Assembly (NCBI RefSeq): GCF_055900595.2 | Contig: NZ_CM148325.1 | Strand: one strand, 5' to 3' | Length of the DNA: 64,000 bases | In this document: positions 46,760 through 59,269 of the stretch, piece by piece | How positions within the stretch are numbered: the stretch's first letter is position 1 | How the letters are laid out: every line of letters starts with the position of its first letter | Made by a program: the position numbers and the translations under genes | Notes under the pieces: generated by a model | Seen by the model: only the letters and a program-made list of their open reading frames with translations | Database searches by the model: none | Told to the model about the DNA's origin: nothing

Positions 46760-47664
46760 TTTCCGCTTCGCTGCAACAACGTAAAACTCGCACCCGCCGC
46801 AGCATGTTGTTTGTGCCTGGTGCCAATGCCGCGATGGTCAGCAACTCATTCATCTACCCGGCTGATGCCCTGATGTTTGACCTCGAAGACTCCGTAGCAT
46901 TACGTGAAAAAGACACCGCCCGCCGCATGGTTTACCACGCGCTGCAACATCCGCTGTATCGCGATATTGAAACCATTGTGCGTGTAAACGCGCTGGATTC
47001 CGAATGGGGTGTCAACGACCTGGAAGCCGTCGTTCGCGGTGGTGCGGACGTTGTGCGTCTGCCGAAAACCGATACCGCTCAGGATGTTCTGGATATCGAA
47101 AAAGAGATCCTGCGTATCGAAAAAGCCTGTGGTCGTGAACCCGGCAGTACCGGCTTGCTGGCGGCGATTGAATCTCCACTGGGCATTACCCGCGCAGTGG
47201 AAATCGCTCACGCTTCCGAGCGTTTGATCGGTATCGCCCTCGGTGCAGAAGACTATGTGCGCAACCTGCGTACAGAACGCTCCCCGGAAGGAACTGAACT
47301 GCTGTTCGCTCGCTGCTCCATTTTGCAGGCCGCGCGATCTGCGGGTATTCAGGCGTTCGATACCGTCTATTCTGACGCAAACAACGAAGCCGGATTCCTG
47401 CAAGAAGCCGCCCATATCAAACAGCTGGGCTTTGACGGCAAATCGCTGATCAACCCGCGTCAGATTGATCTGCTGCACAACCTCTACGCACCGACCCAGA
47501 AAGAAGTGGATCACGCCCGCCGCGTCGTAGAAGCCGCTGAAGCCGCCGCTCGCGAAGGCCTCGGCGTGGTTTCCCTGAACGGCAAGATGGTGGACGGTCC
47601 GGTTATCGATCGCGCCCGTCTGGTGCTCTCCCGTGCAGAACTTTCCGGCATCCGCGAAGAATAA
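46756..47664 (+). CDS. citE: Citrate lyase beta subunit (citryl-ACP lyase)
   Basis: 302 aa from the ATG at 46756 (SD gggagga); overlaps the citD stop by 4 nt. Confidence 0.9.
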
Positions 47665-47674
47665 GGCAATCAAA

Positions 47675-49207
47675 ATGACGCAGAAAATTGAACAATCTCA
47701 ACGACAAGAACGGGTAGCGGCCTGGAATCGTCGCGCTGAATGCGATCTTGCCGCTTTCCAGAACTCGCCAAAGCAAACCTACCAGGCTGAAAAAGCGCGC
47801 GATCGCAAACTGTGCGCCAACCTGGAAGAAGCGATTCGTCGCTCGGGTTTACAGGACGGCATGACGGTTTCCTTCCATCACGCTTTCCGTGGCGGTGACC
47901 TGACCGTCAATATGGTGATGGACGTCATCGCGAAGATGGGCTTTAAAAACCTGACTCTGGCCTCCAGCTCCCTGAGTGATTGCCATGCGCCGCTGGTAGA
48001 ACACATTCGCCAGGGCGTGGTTACCCGCATTTATACCTCTGGCCTGCGCGGTCCACTGGCGGAAGAAATCTCCCGTGGTCTGCTGGCGGAACCGGTGCAA
48101 ATCCACTCTCACGGCGGACGTGTGCATCTGGTACAGAGCGGCGAACTGAATATCGATGTGGCTTTCCTCGGCGTCCCGTCCTGTGATGAATTCGGTAATG
48201 CCAACGGCTACACCGGTAAAGCCTGCTGCGGCTCCCTCGGCTATGCAATGGTTGATGCCGACAACGCAAAACAGGTCGTGATGCTTACCGAAGAACTGCT
48301 GCCTTATCCGCATAATCCGGCAAGCATTGAGCAAGATCAGGTTGATCTGATCGTCAAAGTTGATCGCGTTGGCGATGCTGCAAAAATCGGCGCTGGTGCT
48401 ACCCGTATGACCACTAACCCGCGCGAACTGCTTATTGCCCGTAGCGCTGCGGATGTGATTGTTAACTCTGGCTACTTCAAAGAAGGTTTCTCCATGCAGA
48501 CCGGCACCGGCGGCGCATCGCTGGCGGTAACCCGTTTCCTGGAAGACAAAATGCGTAGCCGCGATATTCGCGCTGACTTCGCCCTCGGTGGTATTACCGC
48601 AACGATGGTTGATCTGCACGAAAAAGGTCTGATCCGCAAACTGCTGGATGTGCAGAGCTTTGACAGCCACGCTGCACAATCGCTGGCCCGTAACCCCAAT
48701 CACATCGAAATCAGCGCCAACCAGTACGCTAACTGGGGTTCAAAAGGTGCATCGGTTGATCGTCTCGACGTGGTGGTACTGAGCGCGCTGGAAATTGACA
48801 CCCAGTTCAACGTTAACGTGCTGACCGGCTCTGACGGCGTACTGCGTGGCGCTTCCGGTGGTCACTGCGATACCGCGATTGCCTCTGCACTTTCCATCAT
48901 CGTCGCACCGCTGGTACGCGGTCGTATTCCGACTCTGGTGGATAACGTGCTGACCTGCATCACCCCGGGCTCCAGTGTCGATATTCTGGTCACAGACCAC
49001 GGTATCGCAGTTAACCCGGCACGTCCGGAACTGGCAGAACGTCTGCAGGAAGCGGGGATCAAAGTGGTTTCTATTGAGTGGCTGCGTGAACGTGCGCGTC
49101 TGCTGACCGGTGAACCACAGCCGATTGAATTCACCGACCGCGTCGTTGCCGTTGTGCGTTACCGCGATGGCTCGGTGATCGATGTTGTGCATCAGGTGAA
49201 GGAATAA
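47675..49207 (+). CDS. citF: Citrate lyase alpha subunit (citrate CoA-transferase)
   Basis: 510 aa from the ATG at 47675 (MTQKIEQSQRQ). Confidence 0.9.
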   Translation: MTQKIEQSQRQERVAAWNRRAECDLAAFQNSPKQTYQAEKARDRKLCANLEEAIRRSGLQDGMTVSFHHAFRGGDLTVNMVMDVIAKMGFKNLTLASSSLSDCHAPLVEHIRQGVVTRIYTSGLRGPLAEEISRGLLAEPVQIHSHGGRVHLVQSGELNIDVAFLGVPSCDEFGNANGYTGKACCGSLGYAMVDADNAKQVVMLTEELLPYPHNPASIEQDQVDLIVKVDRVGDAAKIGAGATRMTTNPRELLIARSAADVIVNSGYFKEGFSMQTGTGGASLAVTRFLEDKMRSRDIRADFALGGITATMVDLHEKGLIRKLLDVQSFDSHAAQSLARNPNHIEISANQYANWGSKGASVDRLDVVVLSALEIDTQFNVNVLTGSDGVLRGASGGHCDTAIASALSIIVAPLVRGRIPTLVDNVLTCITPGSSVDILVTDHGIAVNPARPELAERLQEAGIKVVSIEWLRERARLLTGEPQPIEFTDRVVAVVRYRDGSVIDVVHQVKE

Positions 49208-49210
49208 GCC

Positions 49211-50615
<1,405 letters not shown>

Positions 50616-50665
50616 TTATTTAAGCACTTGATAAATTTGGAAATATTAATTTTCGGAGAACCCGT

Positions 50666-52129
50666 ATGTCTTTAGCAAAAGATAATATATGGAAACTATT
50701 GGCCCCACTGGTGGTGATGGGCGTCATGTTTCTTATCCCTGTCCCCGACGGTATGCCACCGCAGGCATGGCATTACTTCGCTGTGTTTGTGGCAATGATT
50801 GTCGGCATGATCCTCGAGCCAATTCCGGCAACAGCGATCAGTTTTATTGCGGTTACTATTTGCGTTATTGGCAGTAATTACCTTCTCTTTGATGCCAAAG
50901 AATTAGCTGACCCAGCGTTTAATGCGCAAAAACAGGCGCTGAAATGGGGTCTGGCTGGTTTTTCCAGCACCACGGTATGGCTGGTATTTGGTGCATTTAT
51001 TTTTGCATTAGGGTATGAAGTTTCCGGGTTAGGTCGTCGCATTGCCCTTTTCCTGGTGAAATTCATGGGCAAACGCACGCTGACGTTAGGTTATGCGATA
51101 GTCATTATCGACATTCTGCTGGCACCGTTTACACCTTCCAACACCGCGCGTACCGGGGGTACGGTTTTTCCGGTCATTAAAAACCTGCCGCCGCTGTTTA
51201 AATCATTCCCGAACGATCCGTCCGCGCGTCGTATTGGCGGCTATTTGATGTGGATGATGGTCATTAGTACCAGTCTGAGTTCGTCCATGTTTGTCACCGG
51301 TGCGGCACCAAACGTGCTGGGTCTGGAGTTCGTCAGCAAAATTGCCGGCATCCAGATTAGCTGGTTGCAGTGGTTCCTCTGCTTCCTGCCGGTTGGCGTT
51401 ATCTTACTTATCATTGCGCCGTGGCTTTCCTACGTGCTTTACAAACCGGAAATCACACACAGTGAAGAAGTAGCAACCTGGGCGGGTGATGAACTAAAAA
51501 CCATGGGTGCGCTGACACGCAGAGAGTGGACGCTGATTGGCCTTGTATTGCTCAGCTTAGGTTTGTGGGTATTTGGCAGTGAAGTCATTAATGCTACTGC
51601 GGTAGGTCTGCTGGCAGTTTCGCTAATGCTGGCCCTGCACGTTGTGCCGTGGAAAGACATTACCCGCTATAACAGCGCATGGAACACGCTGGTCAACCTG
51701 GCAACTTTGGTTGTGATGGCTAATGGCCTGACTCGTTCTGGCTTTATTGACTGGTTCGCCGGTACCATGAGTACGCACCTGGAAGGATTCTCACCAAACG
51801 CAACGGTGATTGTACTGGTTCTGGTGTTCTACTTTGCGCACTACCTGTTTGCCAGCCTGTCTGCGCACACCGCAACCATGCTGCCGGTTATTCTGGCCGT
51901 CGGTAAAGGTATTCCGGGCGTACCAATGGAACAACTGTGTATCCTGCTGGTGCTGTCTATCGGTATCATGGGCTGTCTGACGCCGTATGCAACCGGTCCT
52001 GGGGTGATTATTTATGGCTGCGGCTATGTGAAATCAAAAGATTACTGGCGACTTGGTGCAATCTTCGGGGTGATTTACATCTCTATGTTGCTGTTGGTTG
52101 GCTGGCCGATTCTCGCCATGTGGAACTAA
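50666..52129 (+). CDS. citT: Citrate:succinate antiporter (DASS family)
   Basis: 487 aa polytopic membrane protein; downstream of the cit lyase genes. Confidence 0.9.
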   Translation: MSLAKDNIWKLLAPLVVMGVMFLIPVPDGMPPQAWHYFAVFVAMIVGMILEPIPATAISFIAVTICVIGSNYLLFDAKELADPAFNAQKQALKWGLAGFSSTTVWLVFGAFIFALGYEVSGLGRRIALFLVKFMGKRTLTLGYAIVIIDILLAPFTPSNTARTGGTVFPVIKNLPPLFKSFPNDPSARRIGGYLMWMMVISTSLSSSMFVTGAAPNVLGLEFVSKIAGIQISWLQWFLCFLPVGVILLIIAPWLSYVLYKPEITHSEEVATWAGDELKTMGALTRREWTLIGLVLLSLGLWVFGSEVINATAVGLLAVSLMLALHVVPWKDITRYNSAWNTLVNLATLVVMANGLTRSGFIDWFAGTMSTHLEGFSPNATVIVLVLVFYFAHYLFASLSAHTATMLPVILAVGKGIPGVPMEQLCILLVLSIGIMGCLTPYATGPGVIIYGCGYVKSKDYWRLGAIFGVIYISMLLLVGWPILAMWN

Positions 52130-52160
52130 TACGTTCGCCAAACGCTGAATAAATCATCAC

Positions 52161-52195
52161 GCCCGCCAGGTAAGCCCACCTGGCGGGCTTTTTTA
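52161..52195 (+). terminator. Intrinsic terminator after citT
   Basis: Perfect 11-bp stem gcccgccaggt / acctggcgggc followed by tttttt. Confidence 0.8.
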
Positions 52196-52242
52196 TGATT
52201 TAATAGATAGTATTCAGTGTATGTATGAGTTCCACACCCATT

Positions 52243-53049
52243 ATGAAAGCATTCTGGCGTAACGCCGCGTTGCTCGCGGTTTCTCTGCTTCCCTTCTCTT
52301 TTGCCAACGCCGTGGCGTTGCAGGCAAAACAGTATGGCGATTTTGATCGCTATGTCCTGGCCCTCTCCTGGCAAACCGGATTTTGCCAGAGTCAACACGA
52401 TCGAAATCGTAACGAACGAGATGAATGTCGCCTGCAAACCGAAACGACCAACAAAGCTGATTTTCTGACCGTACATGGTCTATGGCCAGGATTGCCTAAA
52501 TCGGTTGCTGCCCGTGGTGTTGATGAACGCCGCTGGATGCGCTTCGGTTGCGCTACTCGCCCAATCCCGAATCTACCAGAGGCGCGCGCCAGCCGGATGT
52601 GTTCATCGCCGGAAACTGGGTTATCACTGGAAACGGCAGCTAAACTAAATGAAGTCATGCCGGGAGCTGGCGGTCGTTCCTGCCTGGAACGTTACGAATA
52701 TGCCAAACACGGCGTCTGCTTTGGTTTTGATCCGGACGCTTACTTCAGCACGATGGTACGTCTGAATCAAGAAATTAAAGAGAGCGAAACCGGAAAATTT
52801 CTTGCGGATAACTACGGTAAAACAGTGAGCCGCCGTGATTTTGATGCCGCCTTTGCCAAAAGCTGGGGAAAAGAGAACGTGAAAGCCGTTAAGCTAACGT
52901 GCCAGGGTAACCCTGCGTATTTGACTGAAATTCAGATTTCAATCAAAGCTGACGCCATCAACGCTCCGCTTTCTGCAAACTCATTCTTGCCACAACCACA
53001 CCCAGGCAACTGTGGCAAAACCTTTGTGATTGATAAAGCAGGTTATTAA
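52243..53049 (+). CDS. rna: Periplasmic ribonuclease I (RNase T2 family)
   Basis: 268 aa from the ATG at 52243 (MKAFWRNAALLAVSLLPFSFANA signal peptide); catalytic-His motif FLTVHGLWP. Confidence 0.9.
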   Translation: MKAFWRNAALLAVSLLPFSFANAVALQAKQYGDFDRYVLALSWQTGFCQSQHDRNRNERDECRLQTETTNKADFLTVHGLWPGLPKSVAARGVDERRWMRFGCATRPIPNLPEARASRMCSSPETGLSLETAAKLNEVMPGAGGRSCLERYEYAKHGVCFGFDPDAYFSTMVRLNQEIKESETGKFLADNYGKTVSRRDFDAAFAKSWGKENVKAVKLTCQGNPAYLTEIQISIKADAINAPLSANSFLPQPHPGNCGKTFVIDKAGY

Positions 53050-53196
53050 TCCTCTGATTTACAAAAGACGCTAATTCGTCTTCCATAAACTATGACGATT
53101 AAGATTTATACATAATGCGCTGCATTGAGGAATTCCCTGAATGTGACGCAAATCACTTCAAAGAGTGAGCAACAGTCAGTATCATCATGTGAGTTA

Positions 53197-53230
53197 AACC
53201 CTCGCCGCCTGACGGTGAGGGTTTTCTTTT
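53197..53230 (+). terminator. Candidate intrinsic terminator between rna and rnk
   Basis: aaccctcgccgcc / ggtgagggtt stem followed by ttttctttt. Confidence 0.5.
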
Positions 53231-53278
53231 GGGTATGTTTATCTGCGACACTCGCAGTACCGACGACATGGAGTAAAA

Positions 53279-53689
53279 ATGTCCAGACCAACTATCATCA
53301 TTAACGACCTGGATGCCGAACGCATCGATATTCTGCTGGAGCAACCCGCCTATGCTGGTTTGCCAATCGCCGACGCGTTAAACGCAGAGTTGGATCGCGC
53401 CCAAATGTGTTCGCCAGAAGAGATGCCACACGACGTGGTGACAATGAACAGCCGGGTTAAATTCCGCAATCTTAGCGATGGCGAAGTGCGTGTGCGCACG
53501 CTGGTGTATCCGGCAAAAATGACCGATAGCAATACTCAGCTTTCCGTTATGGCTCCGGTAGGTGCCGCACTGCTGGGGCTGCGCGTTGGCGATTCCATTC
53601 ACTGGGAACTTCCGGGCGGCGTTGCAACCCACCTTGAAGTGCTGGAACTCGAATACCAGCCAGAAGCTGCTGGCGACTACCTGCTTTAA
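53279..53689 (+). CDS. rnk: Regulator of nucleoside diphosphate kinase (GreA/GreB-like C-terminal domain)
   Basis: 136 aa; synteny rna-rnk. Confidence 0.9.
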
Positions 53690-54044
53690 TCCCATCTGCA
53701 CAAGCGACAACTCGCTTTGCCCAGAGGATGCACTCGCATCCTCTTTCCGCTCAAATATCAACCAGATTTATCATTTTGCTCTTAAGCACAGCATTCTAAT
53801 CTGAACTGGTTATTCATCTGCGGAACCCCATATGAGCGAAGCTCTCAGTATCACTGCGTTTTATATATTCATAGCAGCTATTATTGTTGCTGCAGTGCTA
53901 TACCTTGAACAACGCTGGTAGTACCTGGTTTTATTTATTTTCCAGATCAATCGCAAATTCAGATCGAATCAGCCTCGCAAATCATAGATTCATAATCAAT
54001 AATGTGCTGTTATGTATACATGCAAAAACAAGGAGAGAATGCTT

Positions 54045-54473
54045 ATGTACAAAACAATCATCATGCCAGTGGATGTTTTCGAAATGGAATTGAGCGACAA
54101 AGCTGTTCGCCACGCTGAATTCCTCGCCCAGGATGACGGAGTTATTCATCTACTTCACGTACTACCGGGGTCAGCCAGCCTGAGCCTGCACCGTTTTGCC
54201 GCTGATGTACGTCGTTTTGAAGAGCATCTGCAACATGAAGCAGAAGAACGTCTGCAAACGATGGTCAGCCACTTCACCATCGATCCTTCCCGCATTAAAC
54301 AACATGTCCGTTTTGGTAGCGTGCGGGATGAAGTCAATGAGTTGGCAGAAGAACTGGGGGCTGATGTTGTCGTTATCGGTTCGCGCAACCCATCGATTTC
54401 GACCCATCTGTTAGGTTCTAACGCCTCAAGCGTTATCCGCCACGCCAATCTGCCGGTGCTGGTCGTTCGCTAA
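54045..54473 (+). CDS. uspG: Universal stress protein G
   Basis: 142 aa from the ATG at 54045 (SD aaggagag); UspA-like fold motif [10 protein letters not shown]. Confidence 0.9.
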   Translation: MYKTIIMPVDVFEMELSDKAVRHAEFLAQDDGVIHLLHVLPGSASLSLHRFAADVRRFEEHLQHEAEERLQTMVSHFTIDPSRIKQHVRFGSVRDEVNELAEELGADVVVIGSRNPSISTHLLGSNASSVIRHANLPVLVVR

Positions 54474-54493
54474 TAGATAAAAGTATTTATGTC

Positions 54494-54528
54494 GCCCTGC
54501 CCGGAGCCATCCCGGCGGGGCTTTTTAT
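54494..54528 (+). terminator. Candidate terminator after uspG
   Basis: Imperfect GC hairpin gccctgcccgg...cccggcggggc followed by tttttatt. Confidence 0.5.
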
Positions 54529-54534
54529 TGCAAT

Positions 54535-54566
54535 AAAAAAGCCGCCAGGTTTGACCCCGGCGGCTA
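54535..54566 (-). terminator. Candidate terminator after ahpF (reverse strand)
   Basis: Reverse-strand hairpin gccgccgggg...cctggcggc followed by tttttt. Confidence 0.55.
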
Positions 54567-54594
54567 AGCAATTGCAGGTGAATCTTACTTCTTC

Positions 54595-56160
54595 TTATGC
54601 TGTTTTGGTGCGAATCAGGTAGTCAAAAGCACTCAGAGAGGCTTTGGCACCTTCGCCAGTGGCGATGATGATCTGCTTGTACGGAACCGTTGTACAGTCA
54701 CCCGCAGCGAACACGCCTTTGACGTTGGTTTCGCATTTCGCATCAATGATAATCTCGCCCATGCGGTTACGTTCGACTGCGCCTTCGAGCCAGTTGGTGT
54801 TCGGCAGCAGACCAATCTGGACGAAAATACCGGCCAGTTCGATGTTGTGAATATCGCCGCTGACACGATCGCGATATTCCAGACCAACAACTTTGCTGCC
54901 GTCGCCTTTCACTTCCGTGGTTTGCGCATTCAGAATAATGTCGACGTTTTTCAGGCTGCGCAGTTTGTCCTGCAGAACCTGGTCGGCTTTCATTTCTGGC
55001 GCAAATTCCAGCAGAGTTACGTGCTCAACGATACCCGCCAGGTCGATTGCCGCTTCCACGCCGGAGTTACCGCCGCCGATGACCGCTACGCGTTTGCCTT
55101 TAAACAGCGGGCCGTCGCAGTGCGGGCAGTAGGTCACGCCTTTGGTGCGATATTGATCTTCGCCCGGAACGTTCATGTTACGCCATTTTGCACCGGTCGC
55201 CACGATAATACTGCGTGCTTTCAGTACCGCGCCAGAAGCTGTTTCAATCTGATGCAGGCCGCCTTCAACCGCTGCCGGGATCAGTTTGCTGGCGCTCTGG
55301 CTGTCGATCACATCAACGTCGTATTCATCAACGTGAACTTTCAGCGCACCTGCCAGCTTCTGCCCTTCGGTCTTCGGTACAGAAATGTAGTTTTCGATAT
55401 CAACGGTATCGAGGATCTGACCACCAAAACGTTCGCCCATCAGACCAGTACGAATACCTTTACGTGCGGAGTAAATTGCTGCCGCTGCACCCGCAGGGCC
55501 GGAACCAACGATTAATACGTCATAAGCATCACGCTTGTTCAGCTCTTCTGCCGCACGTTTTTCCGCGCCAGTATCGATTTTGGCGACGATTTCGGAAATA
55601 GTCATGCGGCCCTGACCAAACTCTTTCCCGTTTACGAACACTGCCGGAACGCCCATCACGTTGCGATCGGTGATTTCGTTCTGGAAGGTGCCGCCGTCAA
55701 TTGCCGTATGCTTGATGCGCGGGTTCAGTACGCTCATCAGGTTCAGCGCCTGCACCACGTCCGGGCAGTTGTGGCAAGAGAGCGAGTAATAGGTTTCGAA
55801 TTCAAAATCACCGTCAATATGGCGAATCTGCTCCAGCAGAGACTGCGCTTCTTTCGACGGATGACCACCGGTCCACAACAACGCCAGTACCAGCGAGGTG
55901 AACTCGTGGCCCAGCGGGGAACCTGCAAAACGTGGCCCCTGGTTGGAACCTGGGTTAGTGATCAGGAAAGACGGCTTACGCACCGGCAAGCTGTTATCTT
56001 CTTTAAAGGTGACTTTGTCTGACAGTTCTGCGATTTCAGCCAACAGTTCCTTGATTTCTGCCGATTTAGCGCTGTCATCCAGCGTGGCAATTAACTCAAC
56101 AGGCTTGGTCAATTTCTCAAGGTAAGCCTTGAGTTGAGTTTTCATATTTGTGTCGAGCAT
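54595..56160 (-). CDS. ahpF: Alkyl hydroperoxide reductase subunit F
   Basis: 521 aa from the ATG at 56160 ([17 protein letters not shown]); redox motifs CHNC and CPHCDG; FAD/NAD-binding Rossmann motifs. Confidence 0.95.
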   Translation of the reverse strand: MLDTNMKTQLKAYLEKLTKPVELIATLDDSAKSAEIKELLAEIAELSDKVTFKEDNSLPVRKPSFLITNPGSNQGPRFAGSPLGHEFTSLVLALLWTGGHPSKEAQSLLEQIRHIDGDFEFETYYSLSCHNCPDVVQALNLMSVLNPRIKHTAIDGGTFQNEITDRNVMGVPAVFVNGKEFGQGRMTISEIVAKIDTGAEKRAAEELNKRDAYDVLIVGSGPAGAAAAIYSARKGIRTGLMGERFGGQILDTVDIENYISVPKTEGQKLAGALKVHVDEYDVDVIDSQSASKLIPAAVEGGLHQIETASGAVLKARSIIVATGAKWRNMNVPGEDQYRTKGVTYCPHCDGPLFKGKRVAVIGGGNSGVEAAIDLAGIVEHVTLLEFAPEMKADQVLQDKLRSLKNVDIILNAQTTEVKGDGSKVVGLEYRDRVSGDIHNIELAGIFVQIGLLPNTNWLEGAVERNRMGEIIIDAKCETNVKGVFAAGDCTTVPYKQIIIATGEGAKASLSAFDYLIRTKTA

Positions 56161-56330
56161 GTTTATCTCCTGGGCTTTAAACATCATCATGCAAGCGGCC
56201 TCTGCGGCTACCTGGATGCAGCTTGCATCATGGTGCGGGGAAGAAAATCGGGTGCCGCAGCACCCGAAGAATTAGGTGAATTTCCGAAGTATTTCGCGCC
56301 GGAGTTGGTAGCGCGAAAGACGAAGGAAAT

Positions 56331-56894
56331 TTAGATTTTACCAACCAGGTCCAGAGACGGAGCCAGAGTTGCTTCACCTTCTTTCCATTTAGCCGGGCAA
56401 ACTTCACCTGGGTGAGAAGCTACGTACTGTGCTGCTTTGATTTTACGCAGCAGGTCAGACGCGTCACGGCCAATGCCTTCAGCGGTAACTTCGATTGCCT
56501 GGATGATACCCTGCGGGTCAACAACGAAGGTCGCACGGTCAGCCAGACCTTCATCTTCACGCATGTTGTCGAAGTTACGGGTCAGGGCGCCAGTCGGGTC
56601 GCCGATCATCGCATATTTGATTTTAGCGATAGTTTCAGAGCTGCTGTGCCATGCTTTGTGGGTGAAGTGAGTATCGGTAGATACTGCGTATACATCTACG
56701 CCCAGTTTCTGCAGTTCTTCGTAGTGGTCAGCAACGTCACCCAGTTCGGTCGGGCATACGAAAGTAAAGTCAGCCGGGTAGAAGAAGAAGACGCTCCAGC
56801 GGCCTTCGGTATCTTTTTCGGTGATTTCGATGAATTCGCCGTTTTTGAATGCCTGGTTTTTAAAAGGTTTAATTTTGGTGTTAATCAAGGACAT
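56331..56894 (-). CDS. ahpC: Alkyl hydroperoxide reductase subunit C (peroxiredoxin)
   Basis: 187 aa; peroxidatic Cys motif FTFVCPTEL; SD ggagga. Confidence 0.95.
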   Translation of the reverse strand: MSLINTKIKPFKNQAFKNGEFIEITEKDTEGRWSVFFFYPADFTFVCPTELGDVADHYEELQKLGVDVYAVSTDTHFTHKAWHSSSETIAKIKYAMIGDPTGALTRNFDNMREDEGLADRATFVVDPQGIIQAIEVTAEGIGRDASDLLRKIKAAQYVASHPGEVCPAKWKEGEATLAPSLDLVGKI

Positions 56895-57266
56895 CTATAC
56901 TTCCTCCGTGTTTTCGATGAGATGTAAGGTAACCAATTTTTGCCGATTCGGCTAATGCGTTTCCATTATCAAATCGATAAGTTTTACCTTACAACCGTCG
57001 TAAGACAACTTTGTGAACTTTGCACCGCCAGTGGCGATAAAAAGTAAAATGGGCCCTCTTTCCAGGTGACCGTGTAATCTGAACTACCCTTTGGTATCTT
57101 CAGCGCCTGCCTGCAGGCTGTGGTGTTGCCCTTACAAATGCAACAACGACATGGATTACAACACCCTCATAAACAAAGGGCAATCACCTGATCTAAGCTC
57201 TTACCTATGACAGTGATAGGTTATGCCTTTTACTCCATTTTTGCACTGACTGAAAAGGACAAATTA
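56895..57266. promoter_or_regulatory. Divergent ahpC / dsbG control region (expected OxyR-regulated promoters)
   Basis: Intergenic region between divergently transcribed ahpC and dsbG; ahpCF and dsbG are established OxyR regulon members. No specific site is pinpointed from sequence. Confidence 0.4.
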
Positions 57267-58013
57267 ATGTTAAAAAAGATACTTTTACTGGCTCTGCTTC
57301 CTACAATCGCCTTTGCAGAGGAACTTCCTGCTCCGGTAAAAGCGATTGAAAAACAGGGCATTAAGATCATCAAAACGTTCGATGCCCCCGGCGGAATGAA
57401 AGGTTATCTCGGCAAGTATCAGGATATGGGCGTCACCATCTACCTGACTCCAGATGGTAAGCACGCTATCTCTGGTTACATGTACAACGAGAAAGGTGAA
57501 AACCTGAGTAACATGCTTATCGAAAAAGAAATTTATGCGCCAGCCGGACGCGAAATGTGGCAACGGATGGAACAATCGCACTGGCTCCTCGACGGTAAAA
57601 AAGACGCGCCAGTCATAGTCTACGTTTTCGCCGATCCGTTCTGCCCATATTGTAAACAGTTCTGGCAGCAGGCGCGCCCGTGGGTTGATTCTGGCAAAGT
57701 ACAGTTGAGAACATTGTTGGTTGGGGTTATCAAACCAGAAAGTCCGGCGACAGCCGCGGCAATTCTGGCCTCTAAAGATCCCGCAAAAACCTGGCAAGAA
57801 TATGAAGCCTCTGGCGGCAAACTTAAGCTAAATGTGCCTACAAACGTAAGTGCAGAGCAAATGAAAGTGTTAAGCGACAACGAGAAACTCATGGACGATC
57901 TGGGGGCAAATGTCACACCGGCTATCTATTACATGAGTAAGGAAAATACGCTGCAACAGGCCGTGGGGTTGCCCGATCAGAAAACGCTTAATATCATCAT
58001 GAGAAATAAATAG
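57267..58013 (+). CDS. dsbG: Periplasmic thiol:disulfide isomerase DsbG
   Basis: 248 aa from the ATG at 57267 ([17 protein letters not shown] signal peptide); CPYC active site; the ORF track extends 20 codons upstream. Confidence 0.9.
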   Translation: MLKKILLLALLPTIAFAEELPAPVKAIEKQGIKIIKTFDAPGGMKGYLGKYQDMGVTIYLTPDGKHAISGYMYNEKGENLSNMLIEKEIYAPAGREMWQRMEQSHWLLDGKKDAPVIVYVFADPFCPYCKQFWQQARPWVDSGKVQLRTLLVGVIKPESPATAAAILASKDPAKTWQEYEASGGKLKLNVPTNVSAEQMKVLSDNEKLMDDLGANVTPAIYYMSKENTLQQAVGLPDQKTLNIIMRNK

Positions 58014-58220
58014 AAGGTAATTCATGGGTGGTTGAAATACATTCTTGCTTTTCAACCATTCTAAAAACGCATGAATTGCTTCTTCCCCTCCTGACAACTG
58101 TGTTACTTTAGAAAAACTTAATCCAGAGTTAAGTAATAAAACATAACAAATATAAATAAAACAGTAGAATCATTGATTACAAGAATGATTTATGGAAAAG
58201 ATAATATAACGGAGTATGTT

Positions 58221-59123
58221 ATGGCTAATCTTTATGATTTAAAAAAATTCGACCTCAATTTACTGGTCATATTTGAGTGCATTTATCAACACCTCAGCAT
58301 TAGCAAAGCAGCAGAATCATTATATATAACGCCATCTGCCGTTAGTCAGTCGTTACAACGTTTACGCGCGCAATTTAATGACCCGTTATTCATCCGCTCA
58401 GGGAAAGGTATCGCGCCGACTACAACAGGGTTAAATCTGCATCACCATCTTGAGAAAAATCTCCGAGGCCTTGAACAAACGATCAATATCGTTAATAAGT
58501 CTGAGCTGAAGAAAAATTTTATTATCTACGGTCCTCAGCTTATTTCTTGTAGTAATAACAACATGCTAATCCGCTGTCTAAGACAAGATACTTCAATCGA
58601 TATAGAATGCCATGACATACTGCTTTCAGCTGAAAACGCTGAAGAATTGTTAGTTCAACGCAAAGCTGACCTGGCAATTACACTGCAACCAGTAATTAGC
58701 CGCTCTGTCATCTGCATGCCGGTACATACTATTCGCAATTCTCTTATATGTAGCAACAAACATCCTCGTATTACCGATACCAGTAACTATGAACAAATTA
58801 TCGCCGAAGAATTCACCTTGTTGATATCTAAATCAGCAGGGATTGACGAAATTCAAATGGACATAGATGAACGTTTTATGAACCGTAAAGTTTCATTTCG
58901 CAGTTCTTCTTTGTTGACGATAATTAATAGTATTTCTGTTACTGACTTATTGGGCATTGTGCCCACCGAACTGTACGATTTACATCGTGATTTTTTGAAG
59001 TTACAAGAGATAAAACTGGAACGACCACTTCCTACGGTTAAACTTTATATTTCCTATAACAAGGCTTCGTTGAACAACCTTGTCTTCTCACGATTCATAG
59101 ATCGTTTAAATGATAGCTTCTGA
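58221..59123 (+). CDS. ybdO: LysR-family transcriptional regulator
   Basis: 300 aa from the ATG at 58221; HTH LNLLVIFECIYQHLSISKAAESLYITPSAVSQSLQRLR; low-GC, AT-rich codon usage. Confidence 0.85.
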   Translation: MANLYDLKKFDLNLLVIFECIYQHLSISKAAESLYITPSAVSQSLQRLRAQFNDPLFIRSGKGIAPTTTGLNLHHHLEKNLRGLEQTINIVNKSELKKNFIIYGPQLISCSNNNMLIRCLRQDTSIDIECHDILLSAENAEELLVQRKADLAITLQPVISRSVICMPVHTIRNSLICSNKHPRITDTSNYEQIIAEEFTLLISKSAGIDEIQMDIDERFMNRKVSFRSSSLLTIINSISVTDLLGIVPTELYDLHRDFLKLQEIKLERPLPTVKLYISYNKASLNNLVFSRFIDRLNDSF

Positions 59124-59269
59124 TTTATTACCACGGATAAATGTTATATTACGCATCAATTGATTCATTGTGTGAATATAAAATAATGTGCTCTATCTTG
59201 CTTCGTTTACCCTATAATTAGCGGATTCATCTCACAAGTCACCCAGTAACGTTCAGAGAGCGTTTTCAG

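Noticed and set aside
57207-57266. N-terminally extended DsbG (268 aa) from the upstream in-frame ATG
   Set aside because: The ATG at 57267 is preceded by an SD (aaaagga) and starts a canonical signal peptide ([17 protein letters not shown]); the extension would bury the signal peptide.
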